The position numbers and the translations under genes are program-made. The notes beneath the pieces were generated by a model. That model was not told the DNA's origin and searched no databases. It saw only the letters and a program-made list of their open reading frames with translations. A stretch of 64,000 nt of DNA from Octopus vulgaris (lineage: Eukaryota). Positions 50,167-64,000 of this stretch are shown in pieces. Where the stretch lies: the NCBI GenBank assembly GCA_951406725.2, contig OX597827.1:4650001-4714000 (forward strand), given 5' to 3'. Numbering within the stretch: position 1 is the first letter of the stretch; every line of letters begins with the position of its first letter.

Positions 50167-52924
50167 AAACTTTAGGTATTCTGAAAATTAATCTTTATCA
50201 TGTAGCTTATGCTGGATAATTTTCATGGAGGATATGCATGTAGAATGAACACTATCTTACTTTCTTGTCACCTCAATAAAATAGAAGGAAGCTTGCAAAA
50301 CAATCCCACCCTTGGAATTTTGAAGGATATATGTAAATCTGCTCTGTTCATCAAAAGGTAGAGAACACCTGAGAATGTATTATCATTCTTTTATATATTT
50401 TCTTAGTTCGGGTTTCCAAAAAACTAGATATTGAAACAAAAGTATGTGCAAATAAATGTAGCTATATATTATCATGCATGTGTATTTAGTAATGTGTGTG
50501 TGTTTATGCATATCATCATCATCATCATCATCAACAGCATCACCATTTTAATGACTGTTTTTCTTACTGACGTGGCTGGAAAAGTCTGCTGTCACTGTTC
50601 TCTTCAGCATTTTTCTAAATCCTGTGAAACCAACAGCCTGAGATTGCACACATCATTTATTCCATGGCTTCCCATGTCTACTTTTGCCACAGAAAGTTTA
50701 TAACACATTTGCTTTCAGTACTCATCCATTCACATCAAATTTCCATTTCATTGTATTAATTTCTCCTGTCCACATATTGACCAATGATTTTAATGTCCAA
50801 CTGTATTCTTAACTCACTTTATCTAAGTTAAAACTTCATATTTAACATATCATATTTCACTTCAGTTGTACAGATCTTAAAAATTTGCCGTTCATTTAGT
50901 ATCACACTTCCATAGGTGAGGTGACAAGGGAGAAAATATGTCAGTGCTCTATGACTTAGGTGCTATGAAACTTCTCATGGTCAGAATATTGAGTGTCAGA
51001 TATTTTCAAATTTGCTGTATAAAAATGATATAAAAAAAGTTAACTTAATCTAACCACGTATGTTTACTTGAGCATTTAAGTCAAAATATGTTCAGTTGAG
51101 CTGTTTTGATGTGATGTTTAATTTTATAAATGCATATTTATAGTATCATTTCATTCTTAGAGATACAAGTGTATCAGCCTCCTTAAAGTGTTGGATAGAT
51201 GAGACTACTCAGCCAGCTAGAAATAGCAACCAAATTCCTTCATATTACACCTCTCTGCCTTTAAGAATGTTGTTGTGTGTATTAACTAATGTAGTCTTAG
51301 ATGTTCAAAAAGACAGGTTGATCAGGGATGGAAAAACTTTGATCATATGTCTGTTTGATCACAGCAGACTGAATTTAAAAAACCCATCAACACTGCTTAA
51401 AACCTCAAGTTTTAGTTGATCTAAAACATCTTAATTCTCCTCTGCAGTGTGTCTCCTTTGTTCTTATAGTGGTTGTTACCGTTTATTGGTATTGTTATTG
51501 TTCATTAGTCTGACATTAGATCAAGTAAATCTTAAAGCTATTTCAACAGTTTTTGATCATTACATATGTTTTTGTTTTTCAAGCATAGGGTATCTAAGAA
51601 ATCTGCTATTCATTATATCCTTCCATACTTTTATTATTTTAAACACCAGGCCAGCTCCAATCAAAAAGACTCTTATCAAATGCACTCTTTTCTAAAATCA
51701 TCCAGTCTCTATTCTTTTCTTAGACACACTGTATCAATGACCACATTATCCAGTTGTGTCTTTCCATTCTTTTTAAGAGAGTGAGGTCTGATATGACAAA
51801 GAATGGGTTACTATTTCCAGTAGGTCGAGTGACCACACAGATATCCTCTTATGGTTACCTTGCAGCATTTGCACCTACACACCTTGCATTGCATGATTAA
51901 TTAAGCAACCAACACAGTATTTATATCGCCTGATACATTCTGTATCTCAATACATATTCAAGATAGGCGGGCAGCTTTTCTTCCTAAATTCATTATTGCT
52001 TCTAGGCAAAGTCACTTGTATTGATAATTTCACAATTCCACGAAAGAACTGATATAATTATCTATACATAATTATCTGTATGTATGTTCATTTAAATCTA
52101 TATGTGGGTGGGAATACCTCAATTTATATCATTATATGTTTAAGTTAGGAATATTTTGTAAATTCAAGAACAGTATGCATTAATTTTTATACATTAGTTG
52201 AAAAAATTGAGGACTGAAGCTCAGAAACAATTATATGTATTTGTATGTAATTATTTGCATGTAGGTGTACTGTTACTCTGGAGTTTAAAAAATCCTCCAT
52301 GAAATTCCTTGCTTTCTTTTTTTTTAATTTTTATTTGCAACTGTAATTCTTGGCATAGATTAACAACTTGCTTTTCTCCTTCCTACTAGCTAGCCTGGTT
52401 GTAGGTCTGAGTATGCATATATATATACATATGCATATGTATAGAAGGAAGTGTATGTTCTACTCATCTAAACTGATCCTTTTGACCTTAGTTCCATTGT
52501 GTATTCATCTGTTTAGCTATCTACATGTATGCATGGTTATGTGTGTGAATGTAGGAGTCAGTCTCTTTCCCTTTTATATATTCTTCTTATTCTATTTTTC
52601 TCTTCTCCTTTTGTTTCCTTCCCCTCTTTTTTACCCTAACCTCCATCTGTGTGTATGTTCGTTCCTGTATGCACACTTGCTAACATTTCCTTCTCCCCCT
52701 TGCTAAGGGTTTTACTTCTACTTTTCTCTGGTCAAAAGCCAACTCGTAATTTCAACCAAGTTTACGTCCCTCTATCTTTCATCACAGTGCTGTGTCTTCA
52801 TCTTCTTGCTAATCTATTCCTGTCTGAGGAGCTGTCTATACAGTAAGATAACTTTAGAGTAACAGGTCACTGGATTAACCTAAATAAACTCATCCCATAT
52901 GTATGTATATATTTTTCTGTTCAG

Positions 52925-53185
52925 CTTTGTTTTACTTGTCTGAGTCATTGAACTATAATCATACTGAAGCACTGCCTTGAAGGTTTAGTCTATCAAACTG
53001 AACTCAGAGCTATTTGAAGTTTGATACTTATTCTATCAGCCTCTTTTTGTTGAACTTCTAAGTTACAGGAATGCAAACAAAGCAACACAGGTTGTCGAGC
53101 AGTCAGAGATAAACACTAATCTACCTACTTTCAAACTGGCTTCTACACAGTTTTCCTCTATCAGCTTCACTCTCAAGGCATTTCG
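52925..53185 (-). mobile_element. Very old major-family SINE
   Basis: TTTACTTGTCTGAGTCATTG..GATACTTATTCTATCAGCCTCTTTT..CAAGGCATT. Confidence 0.6.
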
Positions 53186-53869
53186 TGTGTGTGTGTGTGT
53201 GTGTGTCAGAGAGAGAGAGAGAGAGGGAGAGAGAGAGAAAGTAATTTTATCTCTCTTTCCACATGCATACACAGTTTCTCTACAAGTCACCAAAACCAGT
53301 AAGTTTCCATAGTCTTCCAGAGATTAAGAGCACCATTGAGTCTAGGCAAACTTAATCTAGTTTGCTGACTTCACAATTTTATATTCTGCCCAATGCTTGC
53401 ATTTGAAGGAAATTATAACCATCAATATGTGCTGTCAGTTAACCCTACTTGAACAGATCAAAAGATCATAAGCATTTAAGATGTGACCATGTTATTGTTA
53501 TTCTTTCTGTGAAGCAGACTATATTATCCAACGCATTCTCTTTCTTTTAGGATGGTAGTGTGTACCTTTAGGGAGATTTGGCAGCTGTTGTTGATCAATT
53601 TTTTGTTAAAATGTGGAATGACCAAAACAGCAGAGTACCTAATTAAACATATTGGGTAATTAGTTATATCCCTTTATGTTTTGTGTTTAAATTCTGGTGG
53701 CACTGACTTTACCTTTGAAGCCTCAGGGTTTAGTAAAACAAGGGCCAGTTGTTGATTCAATCAGCTTGAACCTTTTGCTCAAAATACTAAAGAAGTTTCT
53801 GCATTGGTTCTTCTGCAGAAACTTCCACAAATCACACTCTACTGGATAATGCAATCTTGTGTGCATATA

Positions 53870-54268
53870 GGCGCAGGAGTAGCTGTGTGGTAAGTAGCTT
53901 GCTAACCAACCACATGGTTCCGGGTTCAGTCCCACTGCATGGCATCTTGGGCAAGTGTCTTCTGCTATAGCCCCGGGCCGACCAATGCCTTGTGAGTGGA
54001 TTTGGTAGACGGAAACTGAAAGAAGCCTGTCGTATATGTGTATATATATGTGTGTGTGTGTCTGTGTTTGTCCCCCTAGCATTGCTTGACAACCGATGCT
54101 GGTGTGTTTACATCCCTGTCACTTAGCGGTTCAGAAAAAGAGACCGATAGAATAAGTACTGGGCTTACAAAGAATAAGTCCCGGGGTCGATTTGCTCGAC
54201 TAAAGGCGGTGCTCCAGCATGGCCGCAGTCAAATGACTGAAACAAGTAAAAGAGTAAAAGAGTAAAAG
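53870..54268 (+). mobile_element. Major SINE, full length
   Basis: Head GGCGCAGGAGT, tail (GTAAAAGA)n. Confidence 0.95.
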
Positions 54269-54892
54269 ATACCATGTCTGACACAAAGATGGTATGAATA
54301 TGGCTGGAATGTAGTTGAGTGTAGATTTACTCTTGTGGTTAAACAACAAGGGAACACATTTGTATCCCTGCGTTAATGTTACAAATCAATATTTCTCATT
54401 AAGAATTATTGGTGAGTTCAAACTTGTTCTTTTCTAATACATCAGAGCAATCACACACCTCTTGATGAATGTCCCTCATCCTTTTCCTGTTTTGCCTTAT
54501 GAAAAAATGAATATCAAATAATTCTTAAACTCTGTTGGGCTTTTAGAAAAACAAAAAGCCAAGATTTCACAGTGAGTAGCAGGTGTAAAACGAAACCATT
54601 TTTGGATAGAGTGTTATTCTGTTCTCAGTAAATGTCTCAGAGATTATGGTTTCTAGTCTTGATAGCAGGTGGGATGATGCCATTCTAAATAATTGAATTC
54701 TGCTTAAAAACAACCAAATACTCACAAGAGACTTAAACTCAGTACATAATATTTCAAAAATTTTGCTTCTAAATTACTGAAAATTAACATCTTATTATCG
54801 GATGTCTTTTGATACTGGAAATTGTATTTTCCATGTCAAATAAATATTGATGATGTATATTGCAAGATAACTGAGAGACATCTGTATCGTTA

Positions 54893-55280
54893 ATTGCTTG
54901 TGAAGACATGTTGGGGCAAGCGAAATCGAAATCAAAATCGAATTGAACCAGCCAGGATCCCTGGTCTGGTGGTACGTAAAAAGCACTATCCGACTCGTGG
55001 CCGATGCCAGCACCGCCTCGACTGGCTTCCGTGCCGGTGGCACATAAAATACACCAATCCTGACCGTGGCTGTTGCCAGCCTCGCCTGACACCTGTGCAG
55101 GTGGCACGTAAAAAGCACCCACTACACTCACGGAGTGGTTGGCGTTAGGAAGGGCATCCAGCTGTAGAAACATTGCCAGATTAGACTGGAGCCTGGTGCA
55201 GCCTTCTGGCTTCCCAGATCCCCGGTCAAACCGTCCAACCCATGCTAGCATGGAGAACGGACTTTAAACGATGATAATCA
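54893..55280 (+). mobile_element. RTE 3' UTR copy
   Basis: Three GGTGGCACGTAAAAAGCAC-type sub-repeats and the conserved tail. Confidence 0.88.
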
Positions 55281-57259
55281 TCAATCATACTTATTATAAC
55301 TATTTGTCTTAAATTAACGTGAGAAGAGTCATTGTGATTAGTTATACAAAATAAGAAATTTTACATGGATTATGTTTGCGTTGGGTATGTTATTTAGCTT
55401 ATTGGTATAAATATACATGCAAAATATTTTGCTGAAATGAAAGCTTTTTTTTTTTTCCGTTTCTTTTTCCTATATATTTCTTGTCTGACAGCTCTATGGT
55501 CATCCTATTCTAAATGAGTATTTATAGGAAATCACTATCAACTCACAGAGATATTATTTTTCTCACTAATGAGTATGTGCATCAAATATTCATTCTTAGT
55601 GTTGTAGTTAGTCGGAGGCTGCATGGGTGATAACCATGCAACAGTCAAAAGCTGTCTTGAGCTGATTTTGGATATCTTCCACCTCATTTCATTTTTAAAT
55701 AAAATATGTTGCTGCTGATATAAAAATAGAAAATGATTGTTCCCATTTACTTTTGTTTTGAATTAGAAGAGATTTCCTTGAGTGGCCAATTAAATATTAC
55801 AAATGTTAAAAGCAACTTTCCTAGTATGACTACGTAGGACACTGATTATATTTTTATGAGAAAAGTATACAGGAGGGGTTTTCTTTCTCTCTCTCTCTCT
55901 CACTCTCTCCCCCTCTCTCTCTGTTTCTCTCTCTCTCTTTGTGTTTCTTTCTGTTTCTCTCTCTCTTTCTCTTTCTGTCTCATACTTACATGCACTCTCT
56001 TTTTCACACACACACACACGCTCTCTCTCTCTTTGTCTATCTCTCCTCTTGTATATATGTACAACGATGTGCAGTTATTAATATAAACATAAAGGTACAC
56101 ACACACATACATACATACACAGATGCATATGCATGTATATGCACACACAGACATGTGCACACACAGACATGTGCACACAAGTGCATGTAGACACACATAG
56201 AAGAAAAGCAGAAAAGCGTAATTTCACATATTGTTCATTGTTTAATAGTACTCTACAGCTGTTTCGTAAGCAATAAACAATATTATTTGTACCATTATAT
56301 AATTAAGATAAGGTGAACATCACTTTTAAATTAAATTAATTATCTTAATTACATAATTATATAAATACCGATGTTTATTGAACTGAAATATCTGTTGAGC
56401 ATAATTGAATTATGAGCTACACGTGAAATGTATGCTTTTCTGCTTGTGTTTTAAATATGTTGCTTTAAATGATGAGTTTAGCCAGTTCTGTATATACATG
56501 CAAGTTTATTTCACCTAGATTTATTATATAAATGTACTGGAATTTAGTGGTGTGTCAATGATGGAGCTCTTAATTACAGTGGATATATTTTTTATGTTTA
56601 TATTTCAGTTCTTTCTGCATTTCTCTCTTGAACCTCTAGCTATTGTGGATATTATTTGATGTTTATATATCAATTCACTCTATGATACATACATGTATTT
56701 GTAACACTATTTACACATTTGTAAATATCTTTATATATATATATGTGTGTATGTGAGTATGCATGTTGTGCGTTTCCCTTGCCTTGACATTTATATACTA
56801 AATGTAAAAAATAAATTCACTGTTGTGCTCAGTGTCTTTGTTGACAATCCTCCACAGAAGCATGTCTGTCCATTGAGCTGTCCATTGAGCTGTCCATTGT
56901 TTGAGTACTTGAAGAAATAGTACCTTACTTGGATACAGGTAAGTGTTGGCAACAGCAGAAAAGCTTCATTGAGAAACTTGTGTCAACAAGTCTTAGTCAA
57001 CCCATGCTAAAGTGATGATTTATATATATACATATGCACAATTCACATTAAACATTATATATGTGTGTGCATGTGTGTTGTCATTATCCCTACAATATAC
57101 ATTAAATATAATATCCTTAACTTTATTTGTATACATATACATATGTATGCATATATAGGATATTATCCCTAGAGGGGATTTATCTACTCATCGCCTGCTG
57201 GCCAAAATAACTCAATAATTATTATTCTATGTTGGCATAACTGTAATTTTTGTGCTGTG

Positions 57260-57293
<34 letters not shown>

Positions 57294-58299
57294 AAGAGCA
57301 ATGTAGCCTCAGGAAAGTTTGACTGCTTTATTTGAAATGACACTCTCATAATTTGATAGATTCACCTGAAAAAAATTTCAGACAAAATTTATGCTAGGGT
57401 TATGATGACACCTATGTTAATATGATCCTAAGAAGTACATGATTGAAGAAGAATAATAATGAAAAGTTGAGCTCAGTATCCAAGTGGACTGCTTCTGTAA
57501 TTAGAGGATGTAACACAGGATAAACAATATGAATTGGTATCTGAAATACTACTTTATGAACTTGCATATGATATGATTATTAGAGAAGTAAGATAAAACC
57601 TTGTAATAGTAATAAATGAGTGAACGATGGTTCTTGAGTTGAAGAGATAGCAGTGAGAATAACACACATACAAATAAAAGTTATTTAATTGTGTAACAAA
57701 GAATATAATGATCCAAACAGATCCAAACAGAATAAAAAAAAAAAGTTCAGAAAATATATCTCAGTATAAAAATAACTACACAGTGTATAGTGTGTACAGA
57801 AATGAATTCACTTATGAAGTGACCACATTATTGATTCATGACAATATATAAAAAAATTCTATTTAAGATGCATGATAGAGTTAACAGAGAATCACAGCTG
57901 TTCACAGCAAAATGTCCAATTAAATATGGTCTGTTTGAGATATAGTTCGTATTCACAAAACTGTGGTGGAGTTCATGTTTATGAAAATGTTTACAAAAAT
58001 ATTAATATGAATTAACTGGAAAAAGTTCTAGATGATATTCCTAACAACAAGTGATGTGAGCATAAAATGTTTTGCATGTCTTCTCATAATGAGTGTTTGT
58101 TAATAAGGATAAAATATAATATTTTTATGATGTGTGTGTAAGTATATATGCATTTATGAAAACATTTTGTTCTTAGTAATGCAGGATATGTGTTGATAAC
58201 ATTGACACACTCTGGTTATCAATGAAAAACAACAGCTTTTATAATTGTCAGTTGGCTCAAATGAAGATGGTCTAAGTGTCTGCATATGCATATATTATG

Positions 58300-59900
58300 A
58301 TTCCTTGATTCACTTCTTTATTTGCAGCATGCATTGAGGGAGATCTCTGATCCACATTCTAGCATCTCATTAATTCTGGTTTTGGAAGGATGTCAGAGAC
58401 AACTGAACTTCAGTCATATCTCCAATATTCTTCCTTTTGTCATCAAAGACCTGTTTACTGTCACTTTTTGCAACACATAAATACACACAAATACAGATGA
58501 TACGCCTCTCCTTTTGTACATAAATGTCATCCACATACAATCTAGACACCTCAAGAGAATAGAGGTATCACAGATGTCTTCCAATGGGGCTATGATATCT
58601 TCACTACTCCACAAAGATACAACCACTATATATATCCAGAGAATATTCTTGCATAACACTCTTCTTGAACAGCATGTGCTTAAAGCTGTCAGACTTACTT
58701 CAAATGTAATAATACACTATTTCTCATGGTAACTTCACATATATTACATTGTCAAACTTCCATCACAAAAAGTAGATTTCTTTCTCAGTTGATAAAATAC
58801 CCCAACACTGATTAGTTGCTGCTTTTCAAAGACCTAAAGTTTGACACGCATTGGAATATTACTCCCAAATCTGGGTTTAGAGTGCTGCCAAACTCATAAG
58901 CATCATTGACTGCCTGTGAGACAACTAGTGTTCTAATTGTATTCGTACTTTTTAACTGTCATACCTTACATCATGTTTATTTTCTTTAAAGTTCCTTGTA
59001 TTTTACAGTTTTCCTACCCCTACTTTCTGGCATATTTTCTGTCAGAAAAGATTGAGATGCCTACAATATACAGATATTGTTGTTCTAGTTCCTGGTTATT
59101 ATATCTGGATGGCTTACAAAGATCTTATGAATTTGGAATAGCATGTGCTAGATGATTGTGACCAAGTTATTGTCATGTTTAGTTTTTGTTAATGCTTGTA
59201 ATATTTCTTATCTGTTTTAAAATCAAAGTGTCAGCATGCTGCCCAATGGCAGAATGTGGTGGCTGCATTATTTACACTTTATGTTAGTAAATATTTCCTT
59301 CGTTAAATTTTAGTTGTTGTTTTTGACTATGCAGTGGTCTGTTTCTACCTTTGGCCTAGAGCAGTTGAATCATTATTAAATTTCACTCTCACTTATATTC
59401 TCTTTGTTGGGTCTGATACTATGGAATGATTTTCCTTTTTTTGTTTTGTTTTTACTTGAAAATATTTTGGAACTATCCCTTTTTTTTTACTTTCCTCTAG
59501 TGTTGTCCTTATATAAATAATTTTCTTCAGTGTAATTAGTGTCCATTTGTTACCTATCAGTTTGTTACCCACAAAGCAAAGTTTTAGGGCTATTTTTATG
59601 TTTTCTTATTGCATCTACCAACTTCCCTTTACTTGCTTCTAAGTATCTAGTGTTTCTATTTTATATTAGTTTTCTATTTCTATCAGAACACTACAAATAG
59701 TTTCCTGGTTTTCTGCTTAATCTCTTCAGTTAGATTAACAGTATATAGTTTGTAACTGGGATGGCTTGCATGTTTACAACCACTACCTTATATCCAGTGC
59801 TGAATTCTTAATTAGGTTCTTTATGGTTGTGTACAGTTCTCAATGTACACAACCATTCATTGCCAATTATAGTGGACCATACTTATACTGCTATATTGTT
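58300..59900 (-). mobile_element. Possible extremely degenerate LINE
   Basis: Only faint motifs (TDH near 59335, GSTLNP near 58880). Confidence 0.25.
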
Positions 59901-60399
59901 GCTGTTGTGGTTTCTAATTTAAGCACAAGGCCAGCATTTTCATTCCCAATACTTGACTGGTACTTATCAAACCCAATAGTATGACTGGCAAAGTTGACCT
60001 CAGCAGGATTTTAACTCAGAGTGTAAAAAAAATATTTCAACTCTACATTCTTAGTTAAAATCCTGGATTAGCTTAGTCTGTTGGTCATTTGGGATCAATG
60101 AAATAAAGTACCTGTTAATTACTTGGGGTTGATGGAATTAACTAATCCTATTCCTACTAAAAAAATTGATGGCCTTGTGCCTAAATCAAAAATTATTATT
60201 TTTATTATTGGAGCATTAGACTGAAATGTCGCTATAGATTCTGAGTTCAGTTCTTGCAGTGGTTGACTTTCATCCTCCTTTCATCAATAAAATAAGTAGC
60301 AGCCCAGTAAGGGAGTGAACATAATCAATTTTGCCCCTCCACTAAATTTGTGCCTATGTTAAAAACATATTTCTTTTTATCACAGGTTTTGTTGGAAAT

Positions 60400-60650
60400 C
60401 TTGGACTCTTGCAGGCACAGCAGACTTTCTACCTGCAGCCTATGGTTCCATGCTATCCATTCTTTTCAGCCTTCTAATATTTTCCTGATTATTTTGGCCA
60501 TGCCAAGGTGGCAAACCTTTTGGAATGGTTCTACTGGGCACTCTATTCTAATTCCCTTGATATTCCTCTTGATGCCCTCTGATACTGTCTCTAAGGATCC
60601 AACAATTGGCACTATCTTCTTCACCTTCATTTTCTATAACTGGGCTATTT
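60400..60650 (-). mobile_element. R4/Dong-like (REL endonuclease) non-LTR retrotransposon 3' fragment
   Basis: KIVPIVGSLETVSEGIKRNIKGI.IE.PVEPFQKVCHLGMAKIIRKILE* resembles the VPxVxGALG..LQKxxLLGTAxIxRKVL C-terminus; adjacent to a (TTA)n array. Confidence 0.65.
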
Positions 60651-60655
60651 TGTAC

Positions 60656-60657
<2 letters not shown>

Positions 60658-60709
<52 letters not shown>

Positions 60710-60750
60710 CATCATTATTATTATTATTATTATTTTTTTTTTTTTTTTTT
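60658..60750. repeat. (TTA)n and poly-T
   Basis: Direct reading. Confidence 0.95.
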
Positions 60751-61185
60751 AGGTGGTGAGCTGGCAGAATCATGAGTATGCTGGACAAAGTGCTTAATGT
60801 TTTTTTGTTCATCTTTACATTCGAAGTTAAGATTCTGCCAAGCTTGACTTTACCTTTCATCCTTTCAGGGTCAGTAAAATAAGTACCAGTCAAACACTGA
60901 GGTTGATGTAATCCACTAGCCCCTCCCCCCAAATTTCAGAGCCTTATGTCTACAGTAGATAGAGTTATTATCCTTAAGGTGGCAAGCTGGCAGAATCATT
61001 TACATGCTGAATGAGATGCTGCTAAACATTTTGTCTGTTGTTATATTTTGTGTTCAAATTCCACTGAGGTCGATTTTGCCTTTCTTCCTTTGGGGTTGAT
61101 GAATTAGGGACCAGTTGCACATTGGGGGTTGATGTAATCCACTAACCCTTCCCCCTAATTTCAGACCTTGTGTTTAGAGTAAAAA
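60751..61185 (+). mobile_element. Two tandem old family-B-related SINEs (60751-60970, 60975-61185)
   Basis: GGTGGTGAGCTGGCAGAATC / GGTGGCAAGCTGGCAGAATC heads and CCTTTCATCCTTT domain; further fragments at 59925-60365. Confidence 0.78.
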
Positions 61186-61412
61186 GGATGATAATTACTA
61201 CTATTAGTTTTGTTGCTATTTACTTCGTTATTTTGTTGTCACTTTACTACATCTTCTTTGATGTTTGCTGCATAGTTTTTGTTGTCATGGTAATAGTAGT
61301 AGAAGTTAAAGAATGTATTCTTATATATGTGTATGGTGTTGTTCACATGTATTCATGTGTACACATATACAAGTGTGTACCTTGATGATAATGTGCTTTT
61401 AAAATCATCATT

Positions 61413-61459
<47 letters not shown>

Positions 61460-62050
61460 TATCATTTAACATCCGCCTTCCATGCTGGCATGGGTTGGAT
61501 GGTTTACTAGCATAGAAAGTGGATGTAACTACAAATGCAGAGTATTGAATGTAGCCATTAATATTTCTTTTTTAAGCTGCTTTAGATTTTTTTTTAATAT
61601 ATTTCTACATCATGCATAACAAATTTATGACAAGATGCTAATGATAAATTTTATAAACAAAGTGAATGAATATCTTTCTAATTTTCGCAAGGAGATTAGT
61701 AGTGCTGTGTGGATTAATTTTAATTATGGGTTGAATTTTTAAATGTCTTATCTTCACTTTCTGCACAGAAAATACTTGTTTCTATAGAATTCAAAGATTA
61801 CTGATTTTTCACTATCAGCTTAGATTTCAGACCTTGAGCAGTGTTGGTGATGACAGGATAAATTTTCATTTGTTAAACCTGAATATAGCTTACAAAAAAT
61901 TTTCTTTAATTATTTATCAGTTCTTTCAGATAAATTAACACTTTACAAATTTAATATTTAAATAAATATTGTTTCCATTCAAGTTAGCCATTGCAGAAAT
62001 ATAGAACTGTGCTTCCTAAAGAGTAAATGCCTAGAAAAAAAAAGTCATAT

Positions 62051-62273
62051 TATGAGGTGGGATGTTGAAGAGTTCCTGACTTTGGGTAAAACAAAATAAA
62101 GGAGGATAAGTTAAGTATGATTTTATTCAACATATTCCCCTCTCAGATTCACACACTTATTGCAGTGGTCCTTCAGTTTTTCTAAGCCCTGTAAAAGAAC
62201 CCAGAAGATTTGGCCTCCAACCATGCCTTTCATGATACCCTTAAAGCCAGGAACTTTTCAGCAATCCCTCATA
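62051..62273. mobile_element. Mariner-type MITE
   Basis: TA|TGAGG(T)GGGATGTTGAAGAGTTCCTGACTT ... AAGCCAGGAACTTTTCAGCAATCCCTCA|TA: ~28-bp TIRs, TA TSD. Confidence 0.85.
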
Positions 62274-63114
62274 TATATACTATGCTGGTGTTTCCATTAA
62301 TTAACAGTTATACGGTGTTTGTAGAGCACTTGTTAAGATGTTACCTGCAACCAACATTTTATTGTCATTGACACTATGAGAACATCACAGAACTTTTATA
62401 TTAGATATATTTTGAGTTTGAGATATATATGAATAACATGCAGTGTTACAGCAGTAATTTTACATAGAACACCAGTGCACAAGTTATTAGGAATGAATCA
62501 AAGTACCATTACCTCTGTCTTATATGACAAGGATTTCATTACAACACCCAAATTCTGTTCTATCCCAGACTGCTATGAACACTACATTAATTGTACAGCA
62601 AAGAAAATAAACCATCAGTGTTTTCCCAGTAATGTTAGTATGAAGTTTTAAAATCATCCAGGCTAGTATTTCATACCATCTGTCGTTTCTCAAAATCAAA
62701 GTCACAGTACATTGTAACACAATGTAATACAAAATATTATATTGTATTACAAAATATTTACCTGGACATGCTCTACTTCACATTATTTTGAAACTAATCT
62801 AGGAAAACGTGTGGAGAAAAAAAATGATAGAGCCCAAACCCTTCAGATGTACCTGGAAAAATTCCTCCAAGGAATATCAGATAAATCACACTCACACACA
62901 CACCAGCAACATGATTTGGAGGAATTAAGACTGAGGGAATAGTGAGAGTATGGATGGTAGAGATAGAGAGGAGGTTGATACAAACAGATCTAATGTTTTT
63001 CTGTTTTTTCTCATTTCATTGTTGACATGGAATAATGAATATCAATCTGAGAAGTTATGATGAAGATAAGAGAGCATCAAATATGCGATATCTACAGTAG
63101 AAAGTGACTCAGCA

Positions 63115-63536
63115 AGTAAAAGTGACAATTTTGAGTGTTGGGCCTCATGGAGGTGAGGTGGCTGAGTTCCTTTTGAGTGTTGGGCCTCATGGAGGCAAAG
63201 TGGCTGAGCTCCTTTCAAGTGTTGGGCCTCATGGAGGCAACAACCAAGGCCTTTGGCATTATGTTGTGCTTGAGAAGAAGACTCATCAAGCCAAGCAAAA
63301 CCGCACTCGTGGCAGATACCAGTATCATGCAAATGGCACCTGTGCCAGTGGCATGTAAAAGCACCCATTACACTCTTGGAGTGGTTGGTGTTAGGAAGGG
63401 CATCCAGCTGTAGAAAACCATGCCAAATTAGACTGGATTCTGGTGCAGCTTTCCCAGCATGCCAGCCCAGTCAAACCATCCAACTCATGCCAGCATGGAC
63501 AACAGACGTTAAATGATGATGATGATGATGATGTTG
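63115..63536 (+). mobile_element. RTE 3' UTR copy with a ~42-bp tandem repeat (GTGTTGGGCCTCATGGAGG x3)
   Basis: Tail TTAGGAAGGGCATCCAGCTGTAGAAA..(GAT)n. Confidence 0.85.
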
Positions 63537-63546
63537 ATATATACAT

Positions 63547-63610
<64 letters not shown>

Positions 63611-63613
<3 letters not shown>

Positions 63614-64000
63614 GTTATCTGGAAAGTTCTGAGCATTTTAAAGCTAAATCTTTTAGCGCTTCATCTTAACGCAGTTAAAACTTTGGCATTGCCTGAAGAG
63701 GTAGTGCATTGCTTCTTTGTTCCTGAATAAAAGTAAATTTATCTTTCATTCCAGTTACCCTGTATTGACATTTGAAATGGATAACCCAAAATTTCATATT
63801 TGCGTTGTGATGCTTTTCTTTTATAAAAAAGGAGGAAATACTGCAAATTCATGCAAAAACATTTGTGAAGTTTATAGTGATGAAGCTGTAGGTGAAGCAA
63901 CTGTTTGAAGGTAGTTTGCAAAATTTAAGGTTGGAGAGTTTAGCTTGGAAGATGACAGTCACAGTGGAAGACCTTCAAAATTGGACGAAGATATTTTGAA
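63611..64000 (+). mobile_element. Mariner transposon 5' part (inactive transposase from ATG 63777, runs off the window)
   Basis: MDNPKFHICVVMLFFYKKG.N..S.KNICEVYSDEAV...TV*R*FAKFKVGEFSLEDDSHSGRP, a Mos1-type HTH with stops; inserted at a (TA)n tract. Confidence 0.88.

Noticed and set aside
56866-56899. 12-bp tandem CTGTCCATTGAG x ~3
   Set aside because: Ordinary local slippage inside an old SINE body
58414-58732. ORFs in apparently unique sequence
   Set aside because: No recognisable domain; more likely decayed LINE sequence

Overview
AT-rich eukaryotic DNA dense in microsatellites and repeats. The SINE families and repeat landscape suggest an octopus (coleoid cephalopod) intron or intergenic region, which is an inference. 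I cannot recognise any intact host protein-coding gene, and nearly all listed ORFs are microsatellite or repeat translations. The window contains at least four tRNA-derived SINE families, RTE, CR1-like and R4/Dong-like LINE remnants, three distinct Penelope-like (PLE) remnants, maT and mariner transposase remnants, piggyBac-type and mariner MITEs, two non-autonomous Helitrons and two long foldback elements. The most notable item is a Penelope-like element whose 3' end is a tRNA-like (Pol III box A/B) module followed by a minimal hammerhead ribozyme. This module occurs five times, three of them as stand-alone SINE-like copies, including a head-to-head inverted pair. There are also weak splice-site hints of a minus-strand transcript (candidate exons near 9.7, 27.0 and 48.6 kb) and a pre-miRNA-like hairpin at 29.1 kb. 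All coordinates were read by eye, and boundaries of degenerate elements are approximate.
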